A DNA stretch of 64,000 nt, taken from assembly GCA_965216875.1 (NCBI GenBank), contig OZ244207.1, positions 2,976,001 through 3,040,000 of the forward strand. Reading direction: 5' to 3'. Below, piece by piece: positions 48,697 to 57,644 of this stretch (positions are counted from its first letter, which is position 1; each line of letters opens with the position of its first letter). Under the pieces are notes generated by a model that did no database searches, was not told the DNA's origin, and worked only from the letters and a program-made list of their open reading frames with translations. A program made the translations under genes and the position numbers. The stretch is from Rubripirellula sp. (GTDB taxonomy: Bacteria > Planctomycetota > Planctomycetia > Pirellulales > Pirellulaceae).

Positions 48697-49263
48697 TTAC
48701 GCCAAGGCTGCTTGAATCTCGTCCAAGACTTCTTGTTCGGCCTTCGAGATCTTTCCGAAACCGAGCACGCCTCCCGATGCTTCGGCCACGACCGTCGCGA
48801 TCTTCAGGATGTTCTTGGTCAACTGCACTGCAGCCGAATCCGAAAGCCCTTCGCTTACTGCCGCAGCATAGTGACGCCACACATCCCAGAGCGTACGTTT
48901 CGGTCGATGGGCCAACCAATTCTCGAGCAGTTGCGATGCAAGTCCATCGTCGTCGATACCGCGTTGATGCGCGGCTTTGAGAATCGCGTCGTGCTCTGGC
49001 TGAGTCACCGAATCATCGGCCCACGCAACAAACACCGCAGGAACGAGTGCCAACGCTGCGAGCGTCGTCGCTTCAATACCGGCTTCCACTAGCTCATCAA
49101 GCAATGCTTCGTCGGTCAGCCCGGTCGCTTTGCGAAGCGCATCGCGCGACTTGTCTTTCTCCATCGAGCGTCGCAGCTCTTCACGGAGTTTCTCATCGAC
49201 TCGGTGAAAGAACTCGTCCTCAAGCGCCCGTTCTCGTTGTGCAAATGCGTCTGTTTCATACAT
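48697..49263 (-). CDS. Hypothetical protein: IF1/zeta-like N-terminal helix plus TerB-like helical domain
   Basis: MYETDAFAQRERALEDEFF; AWADDSVTQPE and VAEASGG..GKISKAE TerB-like repeats; GAGG RBS. Confidence 0.7.
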   Translation of the reverse strand: MYETDAFAQRERALEDEFFHRVDEKLREELRRSMEKDKSRDALRKATGLTDEALLDELVEAGIEATTLAALALVPAVFVAWADDSVTQPEHDAILKAAHQRGIDDDGLASQLLENWLAHRPKRTLWDVWRHYAAAVSEGLSDSAAVQLTKNILKIATVVAEASGGVLGFGKISKAEQEVLDEIQAALA

Positions 49264-49333
49264 GGTTCTGGCCTCGAGATTAGAGTAGGGAATCCATTTC
49301 GGCGCTCGGCCGCTTTGGCCCAACGCGTTCTTA

Positions 49334-49351
49334 TTGCAAGCGCCGTTCCAA
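49334..49351 (-). promoter_or_regulatory. Putative sigma54 promoter of the hydrogenase operon
   Basis: Minus strand TTGGAACGGCGCTTGCAA, GG-N10-GC, about 70 bp upstream of ATG 49263. Confidence 0.7.
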
Positions 49352-49682
49352 TTGCTGCCACATAACATTCTGGGCCAAAAAGTGGGCACGGCCGGGCGCG
49401 TTGACGATCACAAACCGTGCGTTTTCGCACGCACGAAGCCGGCGGCGCGCCGTTTCGCCCATTTCATCTGTGCACAATGGTGAGCGAACCCCCGTTGCTG
49501 GCTCGTCCATCGATCAGCATCCTTGGGGAAGCGGCCAGAGCGAAAAGACTCGTGTTGGCGGAACGCCGATTGCTTTGCAGAGAATCAACGAACATCAAAA
49601 TTCGGTTTGACCTCCGGTCACGCCGAGACGACTTATCCCGATCCCCTTCCGCTCGACGAAAAACCTCCGAACGACCACGTCC

Positions 49683-50684
49683 ATGCTCACCACCTCACCC
49701 TGGCAGCGAATTCGCGTGGGTGCCATCATCCTGGCATCCGTCTTCGTGATTGCCGTTTTGGGGTATCGGTTTCTCGGTGGCTACGACTGGATCGGCGCAA
49801 TTTGGATGGTCGTGATCACGATCTCGACCGTGGGGCATTCCGAGCGGAGCTCGTTCGGGCCTGGCCTGCAACTGCTGACCATCTTTGTCGTGTTGTTCGG
49901 AATGACGGCAGCGGTCTACACGTTTGGGGGCTTTTTTCAATTGGTGCTCGAAGGTGAACTCGATCGAATCATGGGAAAGCGGCGCATGAGCAATCAACTA
50001 CAACAGCTTTCGAATCACATCATCGTTTGCGGCTATGGGCGAATGGGGCAGCACCTGGTCCAAGATCTGGATTGCCATGACCACGCTCTTGTCGTGATCG
50101 ACAAAGATCCGGCCAAGGTCGAAGAAGCGCTCGAGTCGGGTCTGCTCTGTGTGCTTGGCGATGCGACCGACGAAGACCTCCTTGAAACGGTGCGTGTACG
50201 ACAGGCGAAAGCCCTCGTGACCAGCCTGCCAAGCGACGCCGATTGCGTCTTCATCACGCTCACAGCGCGCGACATGAACGCCGACCTTCAAATTGTGTCG
50301 CGAGCCGAGCAACAAAGCACCGAAAAGAAACTACGCCAAGCGGGAGCCAACCGAGTCGTGATGCCGACCATCGTCGGGGCCAAACAAATGGTCCGCATGG
50401 TTACTCGGCCAGGCACCGCGAACCTGATCGATCTGGTCACCGAATCGTCATTCGAAGACGTCGAACTCGACGAGGTGGAAGTTGTCGAGACGAGTCCGCT
50501 CGTTGGGAAACAATTACGAGAGGTCAGCGCGCTGCAGGAACTGCAATTGCTTGCCGTGGCCATTCAACGCCCCAAGTCGGATCTGATCTTCAGTCCGCGG
50601 GCCGAAGAAATCCTTGGAGTAGGCGACACGGTGATGCTGATGGGTCACCCAAGCGACATCCAGCGTTTCCGAAAGCTCTCCTAG
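49683..50684 (+). CDS. 2-TM ion channel with RCK (TrkA-N/TrkA-C) domains
   Basis: Two TM helices around TISTVGHS; CGYGRMG, GDAT, TrkA-C-like C-terminus. Confidence 0.9.
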   Translation: MLTTSPWQRIRVGAIILASVFVIAVLGYRFLGGYDWIGAIWMVVITISTVGHSERSSFGPGLQLLTIFVVLFGMTAAVYTFGGFFQLVLEGELDRIMGKRRMSNQLQQLSNHIIVCGYGRMGQHLVQDLDCHDHALVVIDKDPAKVEEALESGLLCVLGDATDEDLLETVRVRQAKALVTSLPSDADCVFITLTARDMNADLQIVSRAEQQSTEKKLRQAGANRVVMPTIVGAKQMVRMVTRPGTANLIDLVTESSFEDVELDEVEVVETSPLVGKQLREVSALQELQLLAVAIQRPKSDLIFSPRAEEILGVGDTVMLMGHPSDIQRFRKLS

Positions 50685-50687
50685 CGT

Positions 50688-50810
50688 GTAGCGACCTTCG
50701 CCGTTTGTAGTCCCGCCTTTAGGCGGTCTTTGAGAAGTTTCCGGCTAAAGCTCGGTACTACGAACTACCAGCTCAAAAGATCTCAGGCTATCTGGCGACA
50801 ATTCGCTTCT
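50688..50810. repeat. Family D inverted pair inside a degenerate family E pair
   Basis: tttgtagtcccgcctttaggcgg...ccggctaaagctcggtactacgaac, flanked by gtagcgaccttcgcc and tctggcga...ctac. Confidence 0.75.
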
Positions 50811-50890
50811 ACACGCCGGTCCATTGCCGTGATAAATTGGTTTCATCACACAAAACGGCTCGTTTTCCCAACTCTGACGGTTCAATCCCA

Positions 50891-51949
50891 ATGGCTCGTA
50901 CCCTATCAGCCTCGTTCGTTCTCCTCCTGGCTGCTGCGTTGATCGCCGGTTGCAGCAGCAAGTCATCGACCACCGACAACGGTCCTTCCAGCGGGAAACG
51001 ACAGTTTTTGAGCATGGGAACAGCCCCGGTCGGCGGTGCATTCCAGGTCGTTGGCGGCGCAATCGCCGAAGTACTCAACGATCACAAGGACCAAATCAAC
51101 TGGAAAGTGAGTGCAAAGGGCACCAAAGGCTCGCAAGAAAACATCCGCCGACTCGAAAAGGGAGAGCTTCAGTTTGCCCTTTCAAACGCGGCGATCTCGT
51201 ACTTTGCCGTCCGTGGAGAAGGGGGATGGGACAAAGAATACGACGTCCAAGCCATCGCCACACTCGCCCCCAATGTTGCTCTCTTCATCACCAAAGCGGA
51301 CTCGGGAATCAACTCGATCGCCGATTTGAAGGGCAAACGAGTGATCACCGGGCCTGCGGGTGCTGGGTTCCAAATGTTCATCGAGCCGATCTTGGTCGAA
51401 CATGGCGTCAATTGGGATGACATCACTTCTCTCAACGCAACCCAAAGTGGAGCGGTCGACCAACTCGCCGACGGCTCGGCCGACGCCGCTTTTCTTGGTG
51501 GTGCCGTTCCCGTTGGATCGATCACGCAAGCCGCAAGTACGTTTGACGTTCACTACATCCCCTTTGACGAAACCACTCGGCAAACGCTGATCGAAAAATA
51601 CGCCTTCTTCCACCCGCAAGTGATTCCTGCGGGAACTTACAAGGGAATGGACCAGGATTTCCAAGGTCTCAACGTCGGTTCGATGCACCTGATCACATCC
51701 GCATCACAAGACGAAGAGCTGATTTACCAGTTGACGAAAACGATCTGGGAAAACCGCGAAGAGATCGCCGCAAAGCATCCTGCGGGTAAGGCGATCAATC
51801 CAAAGAATGCGGCTCGCGACACGGGAATCGCCTACCATCCCGGCGCCGAGCGTCTCTATCGCGAAGTTGGCATTTTGGCCTCTGAAGAAGCTGACGGCGA
51901 GGAGCCGGAAGCTGACGATTCGGACGAAGCCGAATCAGGTGACCAGTGA
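50891..51949 (+). CDS. TAXI-family TRAP substrate-binding lipoprotein
   Basis: Lipobox LIAGC, GTAPVGGAF, GSQEN, DLKGKRV, YHPGA. Confidence 0.92.
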   Translation: MARTLSASFVLLLAAALIAGCSSKSSTTDNGPSSGKRQFLSMGTAPVGGAFQVVGGAIAEVLNDHKDQINWKVSAKGTKGSQENIRRLEKGELQFALSNAAISYFAVRGEGGWDKEYDVQAIATLAPNVALFITKADSGINSIADLKGKRVITGPAGAGFQMFIEPILVEHGVNWDDITSLNATQSGAVDQLADGSADAAFLGGAVPVGSITQAASTFDVHYIPFDETTRQTLIEKYAFFHPQVIPAGTYKGMDQDFQGLNVGSMHLITSASQDEELIYQLTKTIWENREEIAAKHPAGKAINPKNAARDTGIAYHPGAERLYREVGILASEEADGEEPEADDSDEAESGDQ

Positions 51950-52094
51950 ATGGCGCAAGTCGAATCGACTTGCCTTTGCTTCGTTTGCCGACTTGCGGCA
52001 GGTTAGCCTGCCGAACCAAACCGGCCCCTAATCCCGCCCCTTCAAGAAATCCCGATCGATGCCTCATCGATCGCTGCGTCAAAGAGAATCGATC

Positions 52095-54350
52095 GTGAGT
52101 GAAGAGGAAGGTCCATCGGCAGAGAAACCGCAAAACACCCCCACGGCTGTTGAGCGGTTGTCAAAACCTGTCGTCACGTTTCTAGGGATCTTTCTCTGTT
52201 TGTTCACACTCTTCGAGGTGAACTACAACCTGATGCAGCCACAGTCGGCGCTGGCCGTCTTCATTGGCGTCGGGCTTGTGCTTTGCTTTTTGACGTTTCC
52301 CGTCCATCCCAAACTCAAAGGCAACAACTCCCTTCGCGCTGTCGATGCTTTGCTCGCGGTCGCGTCGGGGCTCTGTTGCCTCTACGTGATCATCCAAACC
52401 GAGCCGCTGTTTGAGAACTGGTGGGCCGGTGGGATGTCACTCGGCAATCGAGCTGGTTCCGAAACCACGATGGACTTCTACGTCGGACTCGCTGGCGTTC
52501 TGCTCGTCCTCGAAGCGACCCGCCGCAGCATCGGCCTGATCGTTCCATTGCTCGCGCTCGCCTTTGTTGCCCAGTCCTATTACTGTTACGGCAGCATCGA
52601 ATACGGCTGGCCCGAAATGCCCGATTGGATGTTGCCCCATCCCGGACAGAATGCTGAGAGCATCGTCAGCACGACGTTCCTTCAATCACTTGGCGTCTTC
52701 GGCCCCGCTGCCTCGGTGATGTTCAAGTATGTGTTTCTGTTCGTCGTATTCGGAGCGTTCCTCGAAATGTCGGGGGCGACTCAATTCATCATCGATTTCG
52801 CCACCAAGTCGTTTGGCAAAATTCGTGGCGGCCCCGCCATGGTTTCGGTGATGGCAAGCGGGCTGATGGGATCGCTTTCCGGTTCGGCTGTCGCCAATGC
52901 CGTGACCACCGGAACATTCACGATCCCGATGATGCGGAGTGCAAAATTCCCCAAACACATTGCTGGCGGCATCACCGCAGCGGCCGCGTCGGGCGGCGCA
53001 CTTGTTCCCCCCGTCATGGGCGCGGGCGCCTACATGATGCTGGAACTCGTTCAGCCACAAGTCAGCTTCATCACCATCATGAAGGCCGCAGTCATCCCTG
53101 CGGTCCTCTACTACCTCTCTATCCTGGCCGTCGTCTTTCTGTATTCCCGACGACTCGGTGCCGAAAGTCTTGCCGCCTCGAAGACCGACGCAAAACGTCT
53201 TTCCGGCTTCGACGCGTTGGTCTTTTTTGCGGCGCTCGGAACACTGATTGGACTGCTGTTGCTTAGCTTTTCACCCTTTCGCAGCGTGACCGGCTCGTTG
53301 GCGGTGATTTTGGTCTTTGCAACACTTCGCCGCGATCTCGACATTGCCCCTACCGCGCGCTACATGGCGCTAGCGAGCTTCTTGGTCGTCGTCGTCCTAC
53401 ATCAATTCTCGGGCGTACTGGCCGACGCTCTACCGCCGCAGCTCCACACGTTCCTTGCCTCCTCGTGGAAGAATCCCAACACCGGCAACGTCACCGTTTC
53501 ACTTGTCATCGGATCGTTGCTCGAATCATCGATCGTCGGAATGTTTGGGTTGCTGCTCTTTGGTCTTTCCAATCAAGCATGGCGTCCGGAGATGGTATCG
53601 GCGCTCACGAAGTCCGCGAAAAACGGGATCGCGTTGGTCGCCGCAAGTGCTTGCGTCGGCATCATCATCGGAGTCGTTCAACAAACGGGAATCGCTTCCG
53701 ACTTCGGTGCCCATATCAAGGACGTTGTCGAAACCAATTTGTTTCTAGCGCTGCTAGGCATCATGGTCTGCTCGCTTGTCCTTGGGATGGGTGTTCCCTC
53801 GGTCGTCTGCTATCTGCTGATGGCAACGTTGATGGGCTCGCTGCTTAGTGAACTCGGCGTCCAACCACTTGTCGCCCACCTCTTCATCTTCTACTTCGGC
53901 ATGATGTCGATGGTCACGCCGCCGGTCGCGCTCGCTGGTTACGCGAGTGCTTCGATTGCCGAAGCGCCCATGATGAAAACGTCGTTTGCTGCGTTTCGAT
54001 TTGCTTTGGTTGGATTCACATTGCCGTTCATGTTTGTCTACCGTCCAGCACTCTGTTTGTTGCCCGTCGACGGCGAACTGACACTCTTTGCCGTATTGCA
54101 CGCCTGCACCGCAGCCGTCATTGGGATCCTCGCTCTCGCCAGTGGACTTGCTGGATTCTTCAGGGGTGAACTCTCGATCCTCGAGCGTGCTGCCATGTTT
54201 GTCTCAGCGGCCCTTCTGCTCGCTCCCCTATCGACCATTGGCGAGATGCAAGTCGGCCTCGGTGTCGACATCTTTGGTGCGTTGCTGTTTGCCGGCACAG
54301 CAGTGGCCAACGCGCTTCGCAACCCATCGCCGAGCCAAGCGTCAGCCTAA
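52095..54350 (+). CDS. TRAP transporter fused 4TM/12TM permease
   Basis: LEATRR, SGSAVAN, PPVMGAGA, LGMGVP, TPPVALA; start approximate. Confidence 0.92.
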   Translation: MSEEEGPSAEKPQNTPTAVERLSKPVVTFLGIFLCLFTLFEVNYNLMQPQSALAVFIGVGLVLCFLTFPVHPKLKGNNSLRAVDALLAVASGLCCLYVIIQTEPLFENWWAGGMSLGNRAGSETTMDFYVGLAGVLLVLEATRRSIGLIVPLLALAFVAQSYYCYGSIEYGWPEMPDWMLPHPGQNAESIVSTTFLQSLGVFGPAASVMFKYVFLFVVFGAFLEMSGATQFIIDFATKSFGKIRGGPAMVSVMASGLMGSLSGSAVANAVTTGTFTIPMMRSAKFPKHIAGGITAAAASGGALVPPVMGAGAYMMLELVQPQVSFITIMKAAVIPAVLYYLSILAVVFLYSRRLGAESLAASKTDAKRLSGFDALVFFAALGTLIGLLLLSFSPFRSVTGSLAVILVFATLRRDLDIAPTARYMALASFLVVVVLHQFSGVLADALPPQLHTFLASSWKNPNTGNVTVSLVIGSLLESSIVGMFGLLLFGLSNQAWRPEMVSALTKSAKNGIALVAASACVGIIIGVVQQTGIASDFGAHIKDVVETNLFLALLGIMVCSLVLGMGVPSVVCYLLMATLMGSLLSELGVQPLVAHLFIFYFGMMSMVTPPVALAGYASASIAEAPMMKTSFAAFRFALVGFTLPFMFVYRPALCLLPVDGELTLFAVLHACTAAVIGILALASGLAGFFRGELSILERAAMFVSAALLLAPLSTIGEMQVGLGVDIFGALLFAGTAVANALRNPSPSQASA

Positions 54351-54482
54351 TCGCACAACAAACTGGGCAACGTAGGCAACCCAGTGAACCCGCGTATTTG
54401 GTGTGGTTGCTAACGATTGCGCCGTCGCATACGATACCCCTCGCACGGCTAAGCCAAGCCAAGTTCACACTTGCGAGAAATC

Positions 54483-55181
54483 ATGATGGATCAGAGATCG
54501 AAGTGGCGCTGGGTTCTATTCTTTCTAATGCTGCCAATCGCGGGGCAATCGTATGGCGGTACGGTCAAAGGCCGTATGGAGCTAACGAATTTTGACCTCG
54601 CCAACCAACTTGCGCATTTTGATGTGACGGCAATTTTTGAAGAGGCGGGCGAGGTTGCTGGCATCTCAATCAACATCACGGCGAGTCAGGCGCCTTCGGG
54701 AAATCCAATCACGGACTTTTCCAACTTCACGTTCACCCCAAGCTTATTCCCAACCGGGCGTTTGCAACCAACGTGGAATGAGTTTTCGACCTTTGGACCG
54801 GGCAATGGACACTACACGCTAGCGGATCCGTTTATCCCATTGACGCCGCCTGCCACGACCCTGGTTACCACCAACGACAGCCTTTTCCTGGGCGAACTGA
54901 CGTTCGACTTTGGAGCCGAGGGGTTGATTGGCGGCGACAGCTTTATTGTTGACGTGATTGCCTCAACGGTTCTCTATCGCCAAAGCGGCATCCCAATTGG
55001 CGGAGTCGTGACGCTTGAGTTCGACGACCCGCTTGCTGACGGAAGCCAGGAACTGACGATTCCCGCATCACCAAGTGGAATCGTTCCAGAACCCTCTTCA
55101 ATCTTGGCAATGCTTGGCGTACTTGGAATCGCCGTCGCACAAGTGCGGCGAAAGCGAAAGATCTCTCAGGCGACGAAGTAA
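54483..55181 (+). CDS. PEP-CTERM sorting domain protein
   Basis: Signal peptide; VPEPSS, TM helix, RRKRK. Confidence 0.9.
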   Translation: MMDQRSKWRWVLFFLMLPIAGQSYGGTVKGRMELTNFDLANQLAHFDVTAIFEEAGEVAGISINITASQAPSGNPITDFSNFTFTPSLFPTGRLQPTWNEFSTFGPGNGHYTLADPFIPLTPPATTLVTTNDSLFLGELTFDFGAEGLIGGDSFIVDVIASTVLYRQSGIPIGGVVTLEFDDPLADGSQELTIPASPSGIVPEPSSILAMLGVLGIAVAQVRRKRKISQATK

Positions 55182-55819
55182 TAGACCACGAGCTTCGCAT
55201 ACTCGATCCAGAGCGGCGAATAGATTTCAGCGCTGTGGACGGTTGCCGATGCGGAGTAGACGGTCACGCGAGTGTTTTCGTCCATGGCTCGCCGAAAGGC
55301 CAACCCGGAACGACGAGTATGTGGTGCTGACGTGACCACAACCATCGTTTCGAGCTTTGGGAACTGTGCTGCAACAGCGCGAGCTTCACTCAACGACCCC
55401 ATCGACGTGGCAGGATCTGGGTCAACGGTCATGACGCTTTCGCGCGGGACACCGTAGTGCTCGAGATAGTCAATGGCGCGGCTGACGCGCGTACGACTTT
55501 CCTTCTTAACGAAATCGTAGCTCGCCTTTTGCTGCTCATTCAGCACGATGATCTTCTTGACGCGTCGCCAGTGATACAAATCGGACGCTGCTCGCAGCCG
55601 CTTGAAATAGGGCTCACCTCCGGCCATCACGTATGCGACTTCACCCGTCGCCTCGGCGTTGTGTTCGACAAGGGGCGCTGCGACCCAGGCTCGCACGGGA
55701 CGAAAAGACAAGGCGATTGAAACGATCGCCCAGGACAACAGGACGAGAACGCATCGGCGCCGCCAACGTCGCGCCACCGCACTGGGTGCACCACCGCCTG
55801 TCGATTCCCGCTCGTTCAT
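55166..55819 (-). CDS. YdcF/DUF218 family protein
   Basis: N-terminal TM, VMAGG...R, SEA, VVTSAPHTRR, EYAKL. Confidence 0.82.
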   Translation of the reverse strand: MNERESTGGGAPSAVARRWRRRCVLVLLSWAIVSIALSFRPVRAWVAAPLVEHNAEATGEVAYVMAGGEPYFKRLRAASDLYHWRRVKKIIVLNEQQKASYDFVKKESRTRVSRAIDYLEHYGVPRESVMTVDPDPATSMGSLSEARAVAAQFPKLETMVVVTSAPHTRRSGLAFRRAMDENTRVTVYSASATVHSAEIYSPLWIEYAKLVVYYFVA

Positions 55820-56871
55820 TCTTGCTCGCTAGAGACTTCGATATAAACATCGACTGGCAAGCCGACCGGCAGGGACATTTCCGTTTCTCGCAATTCAATC
55901 CAGACGCGCCGGCTATAGGTATCGGTCCGCTCACCCGCCCATTGACCAAATAGTTTCTTCGGAGTCATTTGCGGTTCGACTTCGACCACTTCGCCCCGCC
56001 CGAGCACGCCCTCGGCGCCATCGGAAGTGATATGAGCGGTCTGACCAACTCGAATACTCAGTGCATCATACTCATCAACTTCGGCGACCGTGCGCAGCCT
56101 CGACGTATCCGACATCACGATGAGCGAGCTGGGATCTTCGGGAGTCGTCAATTCTCCGGGCTCTGCTTCGACCGCCAGGATCTGGCCGTCACTGGGCGCT
56201 TTGATCATCGTGCGATCGAGGTTGATCTGCGCGATGCGAAGTCGCGACTCCGCTGCTCGAACCGCGGCCTTTGCAGCCAACAATTCGTCCTCGCGCGCCG
56301 GCGCCTCCATCGTTTCAAGCCGCCCCTTTGCCGCAGCGGTCAAGGCTTTGAGCGAGACCATGTTGGTATACAGGTCGTCAAGCGATTGCTGGCTGAACGC
56401 ATTGCCACTGTAGAGTTTCAGACCTCGTTTGTAGGCCTTCTCGGCCCCACTTTGACGTGCCTTGGCGGCCGCGTACTCTTGGCGGGCGGTTTCAATTTCT
56501 GATTCACGAAAACCGTTCTCGAGGCGGGTCTTGGTCGCCTCTTCACGCGCAAGCAGCGAGGCAGCCAAGTCACGTTCGCTTTCGAATCTCGCTGAGTCGA
56601 GGCTGACCAGCAGGTCGTCTTTGGAAACCCACTGGCCTTTCTCGACGTGGATCTCAGTAATCTGCTCAGCGATGCGAGCGCGCAGCTCAACTTCTTGTGT
56701 TCGTCCCTCGATCCGACCTGACGCGCGCACGACCATACTTGTTGCCGCAGAACTGGTCGTGCGAACCGGCCTTGGCGTCACGTCACCAAGCGGCAAACGC
56801 TGCTGATCGATGAACATCAGCGCAGAGCCGAAGATCACCGCCGTGATGAGGATGGTTGTGATGTGCTTCAC
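55816..56871 (-). CDS. HlyD/DevB-like membrane fusion protein
   Basis: ASGRIEG, VEKGQWV, coiled coil, IKAPSDG; GTG start overlapping the upstream stop. Confidence 0.88.
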   Translation of the reverse strand: MKHITTILITAVIFGSALMFIDQQRLPLGDVTPRPVRTTSSAATSMVVRASGRIEGRTQEVELRARIAEQITEIHVEKGQWVSKDDLLVSLDSARFESERDLAASLLAREEATKTRLENGFRESEIETARQEYAAAKARQSGAEKAYKRGLKLYSGNAFSQQSLDDLYTNMVSLKALTAAAKGRLETMEAPAREDELLAAKAAVRAAESRLRIAQINLDRTMIKAPSDGQILAVEAEPGELTTPEDPSSLIVMSDTSRLRTVAEVDEYDALSIRVGQTAHITSDGAEGVLGRGEVVEVEPQMTPKKLFGQWAGERTDTYSRRVWIELRETEMSLPVGLPVDVYIEVSSEQE

Positions 56872-57644
56872 TTGAATTGTCCGTTTTCGATTTCGCACAC
56901 GCGATCCGCGTACTTCAGAATTCGAGGGTCATGCGTCACGACAACCGTCGCCGAGTCGGTTCCATCGACGAGCTCGCGGAGCAGTTCCATGACCTCAACC
57001 CCCGACTTCCCGTCGAGCGCCGCGGTCGGCTCATCGGCCAGCAACAATTTTGGCGATGTGATCACCGCCCGCGCTAGTGCGACGCGTTGGCATTGCCCCG
57101 GGCTCATCGCCGTCGGCAGTTGTTTGCGGTGCAACTCCAACCCAACGCGCTTGAGCAACTCACCTGCTTTTTCGCGAGCGTCGGGAAGAGTCATCCCTTG
57201 AAGGGTTAGTGGAACGGCAACGTTGTCCTCTGCTGAGAGTCCCCGTATCAACTGGAATTTTTGAAACACGAAGCCAATCAGTTCACGGCGCACCTGGGTC
57301 CGCTCGGCCACTTTCAAAACGTCGACGCGACGTTCGTCGATGTAGACTTCACCCGAATCGCATTCGAGCAGACAACCGAGAATCGACAGCAGCGTGCTCT
57401 TGCCACTACCCGAGGGTCCCGAAAGAAATACGCACTCACCAGCAGCGGCCGAAAAATCGACACCATCAAGGACCCATCGTCGCTCGCCACCAATCTCGTA
57501 CGACTTACGCACGTCCGTTGCTGAGAGGATGGGCGGTAATGCCGGTTCACCCTGATCATCACAATCGCAGCTTGGTCCAAGAACAAAGGCGTTCTTCTCG
57601 GGTGGCAGTATCAGGTCGTCGCCTGTGATTGAATCGCTCATCAT
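56868..57644 (-). CDS. ABC transporter ATP-binding protein (DevA/LolD-like)
   Basis: GPSGSGKST, GFVFQ, MSPGQ signature variant, LADEPT, VTHD. Confidence 0.92.
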   Translation of the reverse strand: MMSDSITGDDLILPPEKNAFVLGPSCDCDDQGEPALPPILSATDVRKSYEIGGERRWVLDGVDFSAAAGECVFLSGPSGSGKSTLLSILGCLLECDSGEVYIDERRVDVLKVAERTQVRRELIGFVFQKFQLIRGLSAEDNVAVPLTLQGMTLPDAREKAGELLKRVGLELHRKQLPTAMSPGQCQRVALARAVITSPKLLLADEPTAALDGKSGVEVMELLRELVDGTDSATVVVTHDPRILKYADRVCEIENGQFK

